The notes beneath the pieces were generated by a model that was not told the origin of the DNA, searched no databases, and saw only the letters and a list, made by a program, of their open reading frames with translations. From Waddliaceae bacterium (GTDB taxonomy: Bacteria > Chlamydiota > Chlamydiia > Chlamydiales > Waddliaceae), in NCBI GenBank assembly GCA_963724325.1, contig CAVRUH010000001.1:608001-672000 (forward strand): 64,000 nt of DNA, written 5' to 3'. The translations under genes and the position numbers were made by a program. Shown piece after piece: positions 35,991-46,395 of this stretch; the stretch's first letter is position 1; each line of letters starts with the position of its first letter.

Positions 35991-38219
35991 ATGTTAGGAT
36001 TTTTACGCAAACATCAAAAGTATTTTTGGATTGGCATCACCATTGTCATCGTCATCTCATTTTCATTCTTCGGTACCTATAGCACCCTGCAAGAAAGAGA
36101 AATTGTTGATCCCATAGCCTTCAAAGCAGTAAACGGCAGCGTAGTACATCAGTCTGAAGTTGAAGAAATGGTTAAATTTATCGCCACAGACACCGAAGAT
36201 AAAGCCTGGATGGGCGGTGCTTGGGGACCCAACTTTCTCAATGATGGCGTTATCAAAAACGACCTCATTCAAGATGGACTTGCTGAATTACTAGTGATCT
36301 CCTACGCAAATGAACTAAAAGATGACCTTAATACCCGCATTCAGAAAGAAAAAAGATTCAAACCATATGAAAATTCCCAAGCATCTTTCATAAGCTCTGC
36401 AAATGCCTGGAAATACTTTGTGCCAGATATCAATAATCGGTTAGAACAACTGCAAACCATCGAAAATGCAGCCTCCCCAGAAGCAATTCAAGTTAGAATG
36501 AGTCTATTTCAGAATCAACGCCAATTCCCACCTCACGCCCTGCGTCAGGCTCTTCGTTATCAAGAACAACAATTTAAATGGTTGCAGCCCGACATAAGCC
36601 TGCAAAGATCCGATCTTTCATTGTTTGGTTACCATACAGTTGAAGATTGGTTTGGACCTCGTTTTCTGCGTCTCGTGTCAGCATTCATAATAAATAGCTC
36701 AATTATTGCCGAACAAAGAGGTTATAATGTCTCAAAAGAAGAGGCTTATGCCGATTTAGTTAAGAACGCAGAGTTAAGTTTTGAAGCTAATCAAAATAAT
36801 CCAAATCTTGGCGTGGCGACTAGTTCAGAATATTTTTCAGAACAACTTAGACGTATGGGAATGGACCTAAGCAGCGCAATCAGCATCTGGCAAAAAGTTC
36901 TCGAATGCCGTCGCTTATTCAACGAAGAAGGAAATTCAGTATTTGTAGATTCTAAGTCGATCAATCTAATCTACCAATATGCCCAAGAAGGTATTGAAGG
37001 AGAACTTTATCAACTTCCCGAGCAATTTAGACTTGCTGATGCAACAGCACTCAAACAATTTGAATTCTATCTAGGCGCTGTTTCTAAGAATGGAGAAGGA
37101 AATTTAGAACTTCCAAATTCTTTTTTAAGCGCAGAAGAAGTTTCAAAAACCTATCCAGAGCTTGTTCAGAAACGATACTTGATAGAAATAGCATCTATTG
37201 ACAAGGAAAAACTCCAATCAAAAGTAAGCATCAAAGAGACCTGGAACTGGGAAGTGCAAGATGCTAACTGGGAAAAACTGAAAAAGGAATTTTCGGATAT
37301 TGGAGCTAAAACTGCAGCGAATCAAGAGGAGAGATATCAAGCCCTCGACAGTCTCGATAACAAGACCCGAACTCGCATAGATGCCTATGCACGTGCAGCC
37401 ATAGTAAATGCACATCCAGAATGGGTAACAGAAGCTCTGGAAAAAGCAACTCCGGCGAAAAAAGTCATAGCTGTTCGAAAAAAGGGAGGAAAATCACCTT
37501 TAGTTGGCGTAGAAAAAGCCGAGACATTGATTCCACTTTTTGATAATTGGTCAAAATCAGAGTATACTCCTGATAATAGAAATTACTACAAAATTCAAGT
37601 TTTGGAAAAAGGAAATAATTTTGAGATATTGACTTTTGGAGAAGCAAGAGCTGATGGCACGCTCGATAAGCTATTAGAAAAAGGTCCTAAAAAGGACTAT
37701 GCATCTTTGGTTGAGTCCATCAGTAAAGATTATACCGCTGCCAATCCCGCGGAAAAGCGAACAGATGTGATGCTCGATGATTATGCCGCCTCTCTTAGAC
37801 TGTACGCTTATGTTCGCGATATTAGAAATAAAATGTCAAAGAATAACAGTAATCTTTCGGCTTATGTTCAGAAAAATCTCGATCAACCAAAAGATCAAAT
37901 GCATCCTCGTGAACCTCTCGAAGAGCAATTCAAATTGGTTAAAACAAGTTATTCTGCTGAAAGATCAACTCCGGACGTGTCAGTTGACATGAACGAAGCA
38001 CTTGCACTACCTGAAAATGGATTATCAAAAGTCTATGACAAGCGTAATGGAGAGCTCTCATTCTTCAAATTGATCCGTAAAGGTCAAATTGCAAATAAAG
38101 AGGGTCTTTACCAAAACGTATACCAGATGCAAAGAATGTTGGGAAAGGAAGCAGAGGGGCTTCTCATGAAAGATCTGATTAAAGAATTTCAAGAGAAAAA
38201 TGCCATAGTGTTGAAGTAA
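35991..38219 (+). CDS. Conserved membrane-anchored protein (SurA/PpiD N-terminal-like)
   Basis: MLGFLRK..TM..SFSFFG N-terminus resembles PpiD-type anchors; AGGAG RBS. Confidence 0.7.
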   Translation: MLGFLRKHQKYFWIGITIVIVISFSFFGTYSTLQEREIVDPIAFKAVNGSVVHQSEVEEMVKFIATDTEDKAWMGGAWGPNFLNDGVIKNDLIQDGLAELLVISYANELKDDLNTRIQKEKRFKPYENSQASFISSANAWKYFVPDINNRLEQLQTIENAASPEAIQVRMSLFQNQRQFPPHALRQALRYQEQQFKWLQPDISLQRSDLSLFGYHTVEDWFGPRFLRLVSAFIINSSIIAEQRGYNVSKEEAYADLVKNAELSFEANQNNPNLGVATSSEYFSEQLRRMGMDLSSAISIWQKVLECRRLFNEEGNSVFVDSKSINLIYQYAQEGIEGELYQLPEQFRLADATALKQFEFYLGAVSKNGEGNLELPNSFLSAEEVSKTYPELVQKRYLIEIASIDKEKLQSKVSIKETWNWEVQDANWEKLKKEFSDIGAKTAANQEERYQALDSLDNKTRTRIDAYARAAIVNAHPEWVTEALEKATPAKKVIAVRKKGGKSPLVGVEKAETLIPLFDNWSKSEYTPDNRNYYKIQVLEKGNNFEILTFGEARADGTLDKLLEKGPKKDYASLVESISKDYTAANPAEKRTDVMLDDYAASLRLYAYVRDIRNKMSKNNSNLSAYVQKNLDQPKDQMHPREPLEEQFKLVKTSYSAERSTPDVSVDMNEALALPENGLSKVYDKRNGELSFFKLIRKGQIANKEGLYQNVYQMQRMLGKEAEGLLMKDLIKEFQEKNAIVLK

Positions 38220-38221
38220 AT

Positions 38222-38863
38222 ATGTTTTCTGAAGAATTTATACCACTTTCTCCGATAAATTTTTTTCAGGTAGCTCTCGATTGCCACCGTTTAGGCAGTG
38301 GAGACTTTCCAAGGATTAAGGGAAAGAAATTTTTACTTCCAGAAACTTCAGTGCTGTGCAATCGAGAATCTTTTGCTGATGTATCCATGGGATGGAATGC
38401 GGACGGTCTTGAAATCTATGTATCAGTAGATAAAGGGTTTGATCAAGCATTCTATCCCGAAGTTGAACGAGGGGACAGCATCGAAATATTCATCGATACG
38501 CGGGATGTAAAAACATCGGGATACAATACCCGATTTTGTCACCATTTCTTTTTCTTGCCAGAATCAGTGGAAGGGCATCATGCAGGGGAACTTACTCACT
38601 TTCGCACAGAAGATGCTCATCCTCTTTGCGACCCCTCAGAACTCCGTTCTAAGACAAACATCACTAGCACAAGCTATACGATGTATATGTGGATACCTAA
38701 AGAAGTCCTTCATGGATACGAACCTGAGCAATTCAAGCGTTTGGGATTTTCTTACAGAATCAATCGTCCTAGATATGAATCACAACATTTTTCAGTGAAG
38801 TCCGACGAGTTCCAACTAGAACAACAACCTTCTCTTTGGGCCAGCATGCAGCTCATTGATTAG
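38222..38863 (+). CDS. Hypothetical protein (DOMON/CBM9-like beta-sandwich)
   Basis: MGWNADGL, GDSIEIFIDTR, LGFSYRIN. Confidence 0.65.
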   Translation: MFSEEFIPLSPINFFQVALDCHRLGSGDFPRIKGKKFLLPETSVLCNRESFADVSMGWNADGLEIYVSVDKGFDQAFYPEVERGDSIEIFIDTRDVKTSGYNTRFCHHFFFLPESVEGHHAGELTHFRTEDAHPLCDPSELRSKTNITSTSYTMYMWIPKEVLHGYEPEQFKRLGFSYRINRPRYESQHFSVKSDEFQLEQQPSLWASMQLID

Positions 38864-38873
38864 ATTTCCTGTT

Positions 38874-39071
38874 CCTATCATCCAAATTCTGCCGCTTGCA
38901 ATCATTCATATCCCATATGTATCAACCTAAAATTTTTTTTAACACCGAGTTCACAGAAAAAACAGAGGGAGCACAGAGCTATTTTATACTCAATGATCTC
39001 TCTTGTGTTCTCTCGTGTTCTCTGTGGTAAAAAATATTTTAGGTTAATGTGTAGGGGATTTGGATGATAGG
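38874..39071. repeat. Nested ~200-bp imperfect palindrome containing CACAGAG units and a copy of the 27.4-kb element
   Basis: CCTATCATCCAAAT/ATTTGGATGATAGG outer arms; AACCTAAAAT/ATTTTAGGTT inner arms; CTGCCGCTTGCAATCATTCATATCC at 38889-38913. Confidence 0.8.
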
Positions 39072-39118
39072 CATTAGAGAAGGGAAAATTGGACTGGTCT
39101 GTTTTTGTGAATTGTTAT

Positions 39119-39733
39119 TTAGGAAGCATGTCTTATTTCTTTTAGAGCCGAATCTAGCCTGTGCAGGATAGCCTCTTGAGCTTCTTTCTTAGGTAAGTTA
39201 CTGAATTCCGACATAAAGATAGGAGCACCAAAAGTTACTTTTATCTTTCCCCAAAGCTTTGGAAAGCGGCGGTAGATCGGCCACACATCGAATGCACCAT
39301 CGATATAAACGGGCACAATCGAAGCCCCAGAACGATGAGCCAGCATGCCAATGCCCGATTTAATCGTTGTTAACTTTCCGTCAATCGTCCTCTCCCCTTC
39401 AGGAAAAATGACAACTTTCTTCCCGTCACTTAGAAATTTGCAAATTAATTTGATGCTACTAAGATCAGCATTTGTACCGGTGACCGGATAAGCATTCAAA
39501 TGCCGTATGCACCAACTTAAAATAGGAACATCAAATAGACTTTTTTTAGCCAAAAACACCAGCATCTCAGGACATGAGGCTGCTATCAAGGGTGGATCCC
39601 AATACGAAACATGATTCGGAGCAATAATAGCAGCACCTTCTGGCAACTTCTCGATTCCATAAACTTCGAGCCGATGGAATACACAGAAGTAGGTCTTAAA
39701 AAGTAGACGTGACATCCTATAAAATACATTCAT
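39119..39733 (-). CDS. plsC: 1-acyl-sn-glycerol-3-phosphate acyltransferase
   Basis: NHVSYWD, FLAK, IFPEGER, IVPVYI. Confidence 0.92.
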   Translation of the reverse strand: MNVFYRMSRLLFKTYFCVFHRLEVYGIEKLPEGAAIIAPNHVSYWDPPLIAASCPEMLVFLAKKSLFDVPILSWCIRHLNAYPVTGTNADLSSIKLICKFLSDGKKVVIFPEGERTIDGKLTTIKSGIGMLAHRSGASIVPVYIDGAFDVWPIYRRFPKLWGKIKVTFGAPIFMSEFSNLPKKEAQEAILHRLDSALKEIRHAS

Positions 39734-39840
39734 CTCTTCATCATACTACATTTATTTATAAATTAAAAGATAAGATTTTTGTAGAAATAAAAATGGTTTT
39801 CGAATAGGATATTGCCTTTAACAACCATTAGAGGAAGAAA

Positions 39841-40449
39841 ATGAGTAAATATGTATTAAATTTTTTTATTATGTTGTTTGTTTTTTGCGGGGCTATCAAT
39901 GCCTATGCAATAACTGAAGGGCAAGAGTACGAAATGATTTGTACTAAAGGACTTAATGAAGTAAGTGCACTATCAAGTAATATAGACCCAGTAGAAATCC
40001 ATTATGCGGCAAGTATAAATTCAAATATTCTCGAGCTAACTGATGGCTCATTGTGGGATACTGGCATCTGGTGGCGCGGAACCTTTAAAACCTGGCAACC
40101 AGGTGATGCATTGAGGATTAGCTTTTATAGGCTCAATATATTTTACATTATTAAAATTGATAATTTAACTCAGAACAGTACGCTCTGGTGTTCGCGATGG
40201 GCAATTAAGGGTCCTGATGTAGAAAGTCCTGATGCACGTTGGATAGTGAATATTGATAGAGATACTTTTGTTGAACTGAATGATGGTTCTAAATTCAAAA
40301 TTTCTCCTATTTTTTCTCTTCATAGTGCTTGTTGGGAAATTGGAGATAAAGTCATTGTAGTCAGTCAGGATAATTATGGCCCTGATTATCCATTTTATAT
40401 AGCTAACTTTTCAGCAGATAGTTATATCCAATGTAAGAAGGCTGACTAG
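39841..40449 (+). CDS. Secreted hypothetical protein, tandem paralog 1
   Basis: Signal peptide (..NAYA); two EL.DGS.(W/F)...W..GD repeats. Confidence 0.85.
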   Translation: MSKYVLNFFIMLFVFCGAINAYAITEGQEYEMICTKGLNEVSALSSNIDPVEIHYAASINSNILELTDGSLWDTGIWWRGTFKTWQPGDALRISFYRLNIFYIIKIDNLTQNSTLWCSRWAIKGPDVESPDARWIVNIDRDTFVELNDGSKFKISPIFSLHSACWEIGDKVIVVSQDNYGPDYPFYIANFSADSYIQCKKAD

Positions 40450-40470
40450 TATAATCATCGGAGTAAGAAT

Positions 40471-41082
40471 ATGAGTAAACTATTATCTAAATTTATTGTT
40501 GTCTTGTTTGTTTTTTGCGGGGCAGTTAATGCCTATGCAATGACTGAAGAGCAAGAGTACGAAATGATATGTGCTAAAGGACTTAACGAAGTTAGATCGT
40601 TATCAAGAAATATTGACCCTGTAGAAATACACTATGTGGCAAGTATTAATTCTAGTATTCTCGAGTTAACTGATGGAACATTGTTGGATACTGGCATCTG
40701 GTGGCGCGATACCTTTAAAACCTGGCAACCAGGTGATGCATTGAGGATTAGCTTTTACAAACGCAGTTTATTCTACAAAATAAAAATAGATAATTTAATC
40801 CACCACAATACGGTCTGGTGCCATCGATTGCCAATTAATGGACCTGACATAGAAAGACCAGATGCACGTTGGATCGTGAATATCGAGAGTGATACTGTTG
40901 TCGAACTGAATGATGGTTCTCAATTCAATATCATCCCTGGTTTTTCTCTGCATAAAATTCTATGGAAGATTGGTGATAACGTCATGGTAGTCAGTTATGA
41001 TAAATTTGACACGGATTATCCTTTTTATATAGCAAATTTTTCCGCAGGTAGCATCATCCTATGTCAGAAGGCAGAATTATGA
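40471..41082 (+). CDS. Secreted hypothetical protein, tandem paralog 2
   Basis: Colinear with and highly similar to 39841-40449. Confidence 0.85.
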   Translation: MSKLLSKFIVVLFVFCGAVNAYAMTEEQEYEMICAKGLNEVRSLSRNIDPVEIHYVASINSSILELTDGTLLDTGIWWRDTFKTWQPGDALRISFYKRSLFYKIKIDNLIHHNTVWCHRLPINGPDIERPDARWIVNIESDTVVELNDGSQFNIIPGFSLHKILWKIGDNVMVVSYDKFDTDYPFYIANFSAGSIILCQKAEL

Positions 41083-42450
41083 CATCTCTGCCTTAATGAG
41101 ACTTTCTAACTCTTCACGTTGGATTTCATTATTTTGATCTGGAAGGGAGAATTCTCTCCCTTCTTCCAATTTTTGCCATTTTTCCACCGCAGCAAAAACT
41201 TTCTGAGCGTAGTAGGGCGGGTGAAACTTGAGCTTTTCTGGATCAAAAAGATCCTTCCAAGACTCAATTTTTGGTTTATAGTTGATGTGATGTTTTTTGA
41301 CGAGAGAATCGGTAACACCATTTCCAAGTATAACAAGAATAAGATTAGCAAAAAATGTTCCAATAACACGAAATATTTTCTGTATAGTTTTAGGCAGCTT
41401 TGGATTTATTTTGTCATAAATATTTTGAAGAGACTTGTGAGTGATCAAACGCACCACAGAATAGGAAGTTGGCAGCTCTAAGTCAGCAATCTTTGCCATT
41501 TTATTGACAAATCCCTGGCAATTGGATTTAAAAATCTGAAATTTTGAAATAGTTTTTTGCTTGGATTGCTCAACGGCACCTTTAATGGCTGTAAATTGAT
41601 CGGGTGTAATCTTAACACGCAGCTTATGAATCTTTATCGGCCAGAATTCACTCACATCTGGAGACATAATGGCTCCTGGTTTAGCCCTCAATGGGAAAAT
41701 TGGATTTCCATCCAGCTTGCGACGTAGATTTTTCCCGGCAGAATATACGTTTCCATTGCCATCAACAAGACGGAACCAGCTATGATCTCCCTGTAAACGG
41801 AGTTTATCATCCGAACAGCAAACACAATACTCAAAATAGTGTTGTTGGTCATCAGGCTCTCTCAACTCTTTGTTAAATGATTCTAACTTATTCCAATCAT
41901 ACATATCTCCTACCTGAATACCTTTAGGCCCATAGTACCAGGGCTGATAAAATTTATCAGGATTTTTTCCTGATTTCTCTATCAATATGTCCTGTTCCTC
42001 TAATTCTTTAGAAATATTGGCATAAACGGTTTTCCAAGGAGTATAAACTCCCTCATATGTTATGTTAAGCTCATCATCTGAAAGAAGTAAAACTTGTTTA
42101 TCATACTCAGCTAAGTAGCGTTCTAATGGGAACCGTTTCGTAAATTCATCAAAAGTAGGATTATCTTGAAGAACTTCAGGAGTAATCCCCAATTTTGCAG
42201 CGCGGAATCGATCCCAGCAATCTTTGATTTTGCCACTTAGCTTGAATTTGGGATTAATTTTTTTGAAGAAATTACGAACCGCTTTTAGTGTAGGGTCTAC
42301 AATGGCTTCTTTTGGTGTCAGCAAGTCCATTTCCTGAATTTTGGAATCCAAAGCTGTTGCACATCGTTCAGCGTATTTACGAGAGCATCTGAACTTCATG
42401 TTTTCGATACATGAAAAATTATCGTTTTGCAACTGTGTAATTAGCGTCAT
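41077..42450 (-). CDS. Hypothetical protein, possible permuted papain-like fold
   Basis: GDHSWFRL and KSNCQGFV (His before NC). Confidence 0.6.
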   Translation of the reverse strand: MTLITQLQNDNFSCIENMKFRCSRKYAERCATALDSKIQEMDLLTPKEAIVDPTLKAVRNFFKKINPKFKLSGKIKDCWDRFRAAKLGITPEVLQDNPTFDEFTKRFPLERYLAEYDKQVLLLSDDELNITYEGVYTPWKTVYANISKELEEQDILIEKSGKNPDKFYQPWYYGPKGIQVGDMYDWNKLESFNKELREPDDQQHYFEYCVCCSDDKLRLQGDHSWFRLVDGNGNVYSAGKNLRRKLDGNPIFPLRAKPGAIMSPDVSEFWPIKIHKLRVKITPDQFTAIKGAVEQSKQKTISKFQIFKSNCQGFVNKMAKIADLELPTSYSVVRLITHKSLQNIYDKINPKLPKTIQKIFRVIGTFFANLILVILGNGVTDSLVKKHHINYKPKIESWKDLFDPEKLKFHPPYYAQKVFAAVEKWQKLEEGREFSLPDQNNEIQREELESLIKAEMS

Positions 42451-42453
42451 ATT

Positions 42454-45400
42454 CTACTCTTCCCCTTCTCCTTCCTCTGATGCACCATGACATTTCTTGT
42501 ATTTTTTTCCACTTCCACAAGGACAGAGATCGTTGCGACCTACCTTAGGAGGCACTGTTATTGGTATACCTTTATTCTCTTTGGAAGGCTGTTCGGGTTG
42601 TTCACCGTTCATCTCATCGACTAAAGACCGATCCCTCTCCATTTGAATGCGAGACAATAGATCAGCAATTGTCGGATGATCTGTAGGAATCAACTGGAAC
42701 CTGAATAGATCGAACGTGATCTCTTTTTGAATTTTTCGACCAAACTCATCGAATTTAGCAAAGGCTTCGTGTTTGAACTCCATGAGAGGATCTCTCTGAC
42801 CTAACGAACGGAGATTTACTTCAGAACGCAAATGGTCCATCTCGAGTAAATGCTCCTGCCAGTTCTGATCTATCTTGCGTATCATCAAATGACGTATTGC
42901 TTCATTTACAGGAGATCTTGGCCCATCTTGAACTTTGCTATTTTCAAATTCAAGTTTTTTCTTGAATGCTCCAAGAACTACTGTAGCGGCTTTTTCTTCG
43001 AGCTCTTCTGCTGACGCGTGATCATCATCGAAATAATCTTCTGGGAACGTGATAGGAAACTGAGCCATCAGCCAATGACGGAATCCTTCTGAATTCCATC
43101 CTGATTCCTCTGATCTGCTACGGAAGTTTTCCTGAGCAGCCTGTGCGCAAACATTTTGCAGCAATTCAATGGCGATATCGTCCATTTTCTCACGACGCAG
43201 AACATCGTTACGGAATTCATAAAGCTCTTTACGCTGTTTATTCATCACATCGTCATATTCCAACGTATGTTTTCTGATGGTATAATTTCGCTGTTCTACT
43301 CTCTTTTGAGCAGTCTCTATCGATTTATTAAGTATCCCAGCAGAAATGGGCTCTCCTTCAGGTGGTCTAAATCTTTGCAAGATTGAGGTCATCCTTGGTG
43401 AGGCAAACAATCTAAGCAATGAATCTTCAAACGAAACAAAGAACTTGGAAGAACCTGGATCACCCTGACGGGCGCAACGACCGCGAAGCTGTCTGTCGAT
43501 ACGTCTGGATTGATGCCTTGTTGTGCCCATGACATATAGACCGCCGATTTGTGCGACACCTTCGCCCAATTTAATGTCGGTACCACGACCTGCCATGTTG
43601 GTTGCAATCGTAATGGCCCCACGCTGGCCTGCATGTGCGACAATTTCCGCTTCCATTTCATTGAATTTAGCATTCAAGACTGTGTGTACGAGCTTATTTT
43701 GCTTAAAAATACGGGATAATTTCTCAGAAACTTCGACGTTATCGGATCCAATCAAAACAGGTCTGCCCTGGGCATGAATCTCGCGAACTTCCTTTAATAT
43801 TGCATTATACTTTTCCCGTTCAGTCATATAGATTTCATCATTGAAATCCGTTCTGATGCATGGGTGATGCGTTGGGATGGCCAACACATCCATTTTATAT
43901 ATCTGTTTAAATTCGTTTGCTTCAGTAGATGCCGTACCGGTCATCCCTGCAAGCTTAGTGTACATCCTAAAGAAGTTCTGTAGTGTGATTGTCGCATAGG
44001 TCTGAGTTTCCCTTTGGATCTCAACCCCTTCTTTCGCTTCTATCGCTTGATGCAATCCATCGGAGAACCGACGTCCTGGCTGTGGACGTCCAGTGTTTTC
44101 ATCTACAATAACAATCTTGCCGTCGTGAATGATATAATCGACGTCTTTTTCCATCAGCAAATGGGCTCTAAGCATTTGACGCAAGTTGTGCGCTCTTTCC
44201 TTTCGACTTGCATCATCTTCCTGGACCTTAAGCTTGCGCTGCATTTTTTCTTCTGCAGTTAAATCGAGATTCTGATCAATTTTAAGGTATTCATGGCTAA
44301 TATCGAGCATCACAAAATCGTTGCCATTGCCAGCTCCGCCTGTGCACTCTTCCCACGCTGCAATACCTTTATCTGTTAATTCGTATTCATTACTTTTTTC
44401 TTCGATTACAATATAGAGGTCGGCAAGGGCTTTTGCCTTTTCTTCTTTATTTCCATCAGAGTAGTAATATAAATCCCAACCATCTATCGCTGCGCGATAG
44501 TCTGGATTTTCCCTAGCACGTTTCAGAACCTTGTTCATCGGGGTCCCTTTGCTGACCAACCAGAGCTTCCGAAGGGCCTCTTTTTCCTGTTGCGAATCCT
44601 CTTTACTTTTCGATTTCTCACTAACAGCGGTTCTATCAGAAAAATCTAAATGCTTATTAGCGTCACTAGCGTATCTGTTACAAAGATCCTTTTGGCGTTG
44701 CACTAGAGCATTCACTCCAGCCTTCAATTCATCATACATTTGACGGCTGACCGGACTGGGACCGGAAATAATTAAGGGGGTTCTAGCTTCGTCAATTAAT
44801 ATAGAGTCCACTTCGTCGATGATTGCATAATAAAATCCTTTCTGAACTTGTTCTTCTTTCGAAGTTGCCATGGAATTATCGCGCAAATAGTCAAAACCAA
44901 ATTCAGAAGAGGTGCCATAAAGGACATCTGACGCATAAAGCTTACCTCGTTCTTCCATAGGGGAGTCATTTACCAAAGCCCCAGTGGTTAATCCCAACCA
45001 ACGAAGAATCGATCCGACCCACTCACAGTCTCTTTTTACCAAATAGTCGTTTACAGTGACCAGATGAACAGGTTTGCCAGTTAAAGCATTGAGATATAAT
45101 GGCAATACGGCAGTTAAAGTTTTACCTTCTCCAGTCATCATCTCAGCAATAGCGCCGTGATGCAAAGCAATCGCACCGACCATCTGTACGTCGTAGGGGA
45201 TCATGTCCCATTTCTGATTATAACCCGACACGTGGATGTCTGTACCGCAAAGACGACGGCAAACACCCTTTACGACAGCGAAAGCTTCTGGCAAAATATC
45301 ATCAAGAGATTCCCCTTTAGCAATTCTATCCCGGAATTCTTGCGTTTTTCCACGCAGTTGCTCATCGCTCAACGATTTAAATTTCTCGTCCCATTCGTTG

Positions 45401-45480
45401 ATTTGCGCAACGATTTTAAAATAACGGCGAACCGTTCTGTCTTGTGCTGTACCGAAAAGTTTTTTTATGAAGCCGAACAT
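42454..45480 (-). CDS. secA: Preprotein translocase SecA
   Basis: [43 protein letters not shown]-terminal [13 protein letters not shown]. Confidence 0.98.
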   Translation of the reverse strand: MFGFIKKLFGTAQDRTVRRYFKIVAQINEWDEKFKSLSDEQLRGKTQEFRDRIAKGESLDDILPEAFAVVKGVCRRLCGTDIHVSGYNQKWDMIPYDVQMVGAIALHHGAIAEMMTGEGKTLTAVLPLYLNALTGKPVHLVTVNDYLVKRDCEWVGSILRWLGLTTGALVNDSPMEERGKLYASDVLYGTSSEFGFDYLRDNSMATSKEEQVQKGFYYAIIDEVDSILIDEARTPLIISGPSPVSRQMYDELKAGVNALVQRQKDLCNRYASDANKHLDFSDRTAVSEKSKSKEDSQQEKEALRKLWLVSKGTPMNKVLKRARENPDYRAAIDGWDLYYYSDGNKEEKAKALADLYIVIEEKSNEYELTDKGIAAWEECTGGAGNGNDFVMLDISHEYLKIDQNLDLTAEEKMQRKLKVQEDDASRKERAHNLRQMLRAHLLMEKDVDYIIHDGKIVIVDENTGRPQPGRRFSDGLHQAIEAKEGVEIQRETQTYATITLQNFFRMYTKLAGMTGTASTEANEFKQIYKMDVLAIPTHHPCIRTDFNDEIYMTEREKYNAILKEVREIHAQGRPVLIGSDNVEVSEKLSRIFKQNKLVHTVLNAKFNEMEAEIVAHAGQRGAITIATNMAGRGTDIKLGEGVAQIGGLYVMGTTRHQSRRIDRQLRGRCARQGDPGSSKFFVSFEDSLLRLFASPRMTSILQRFRPPEGEPISAGILNKSIETAQKRVEQRNYTIRKHTLEYDDVMNKQRKELYEFRNDVLRREKMDDIAIELLQNVCAQAAQENFRSRSEESGWNSEGFRHWLMAQFPITFPEDYFDDDHASAEELEEKAATVVLGAFKKKLEFENSKVQDGPRSPVNEAIRHLMIRKIDQNWQEHLLEMDHLRSEVNLRSLGQRDPLMEFKHEAFAKFDEFGRKIQKEITFDLFRFQLIPTDHPTIADLLSRIQMERDRSLVDEMNGEQPEQPSKENKGIPITVPPKVGRNDLCPCGSGKKYKKCHGASEEGEGEE

Positions 45481-45606
45481 AACGCCTCTTTTGTTCAGAG
45501 ATTAATAGGAAAATGTACTTGATCCTTCAATTTTATTCAAGTGATACCTCCACAATAATTCGGGAATCTGCTAGGATCAACATTCAAGTTAAAACAAGGA
45601 GACATC

Positions 45607-46353
45607 ATGAAATCATCAAATCCAGCTCTCAGAGACGAATATTTTTCAGGATCGCAACGCATCATCGGCGTTGAAACTATGACTTCTCAAGGAGTCGTTT
45701 TAAAAACTGCCATAATGCTATTGCTTGTCGTACTTTCTTCGGGTTTTACCTGGATGAAATACCTCCAAGCCGGCAGCAACCCGGCCGCAGTATCCGGATG
45801 GATGATGCTAGGCCTCATTGGCGGATTTATCCTGGCCATGGTAACAGTTTTCAAAGCGGAGTGGTCACCAATAACAGCTCCCATCTATGCTCTTTTGGAA
45901 GGTCTCGCGATCGGAGGAGTCTCAGCAGCCATGGAAGCTTCATTTCCTGGAATCGTCATTCAAGCTGCCATGCTTACTTTTGGAACCCTCCTTTCTATGT
46001 TAGCGGCCTATCAGTCCGGGATGATCCGCGTTACGGAAAACTTTAAGCTTGGAGTCATGGCTGCCACAGGCGGAATCGCTCTATTTTATTTAGCTACGAT
46101 TATTCTCGGATTCTTTGGAATCAATATTCCTTTCGTTGCCGGTGGAGGCATTATGGGCATAGGTTTCAGTGTATTTGTAGTGATTATTGCTGCCCTCAAT
46201 CTCGTTATAGACTTCGATTTCATCGAGCAAGGTGTGAAGCGCGGCCTGCCTAAGTATATGGAATGGTATGGCAGTTTTGCTCTCATGGTTACGCTCATCT
46301 GGCTCTACTTTGAAATCCTTAGACTGCTTTCCAAAATGCGCGAAAGTAGATAG
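45607..46353 (+). CDS. Bax inhibitor-1/YccA-like membrane protein
   Basis: Multiple TMs; AALNL..DFD, TLIWLYFEILRLL. Confidence 0.9.
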   Translation: MKSSNPALRDEYFSGSQRIIGVETMTSQGVVLKTAIMLLLVVLSSGFTWMKYLQAGSNPAAVSGWMMLGLIGGFILAMVTVFKAEWSPITAPIYALLEGLAIGGVSAAMEASFPGIVIQAAMLTFGTLLSMLAAYQSGMIRVTENFKLGVMAATGGIALFYLATIILGFFGINIPFVAGGGIMGIGFSVFVVIIAALNLVIDFDFIEQGVKRGLPKYMEWYGSFALMVTLIWLYFEILRLLSKMRESR

Positions 46354-46395
46354 AGAGGCGGCGGTAATATAAAATTGTGAGAGGAAGTTACGTGC

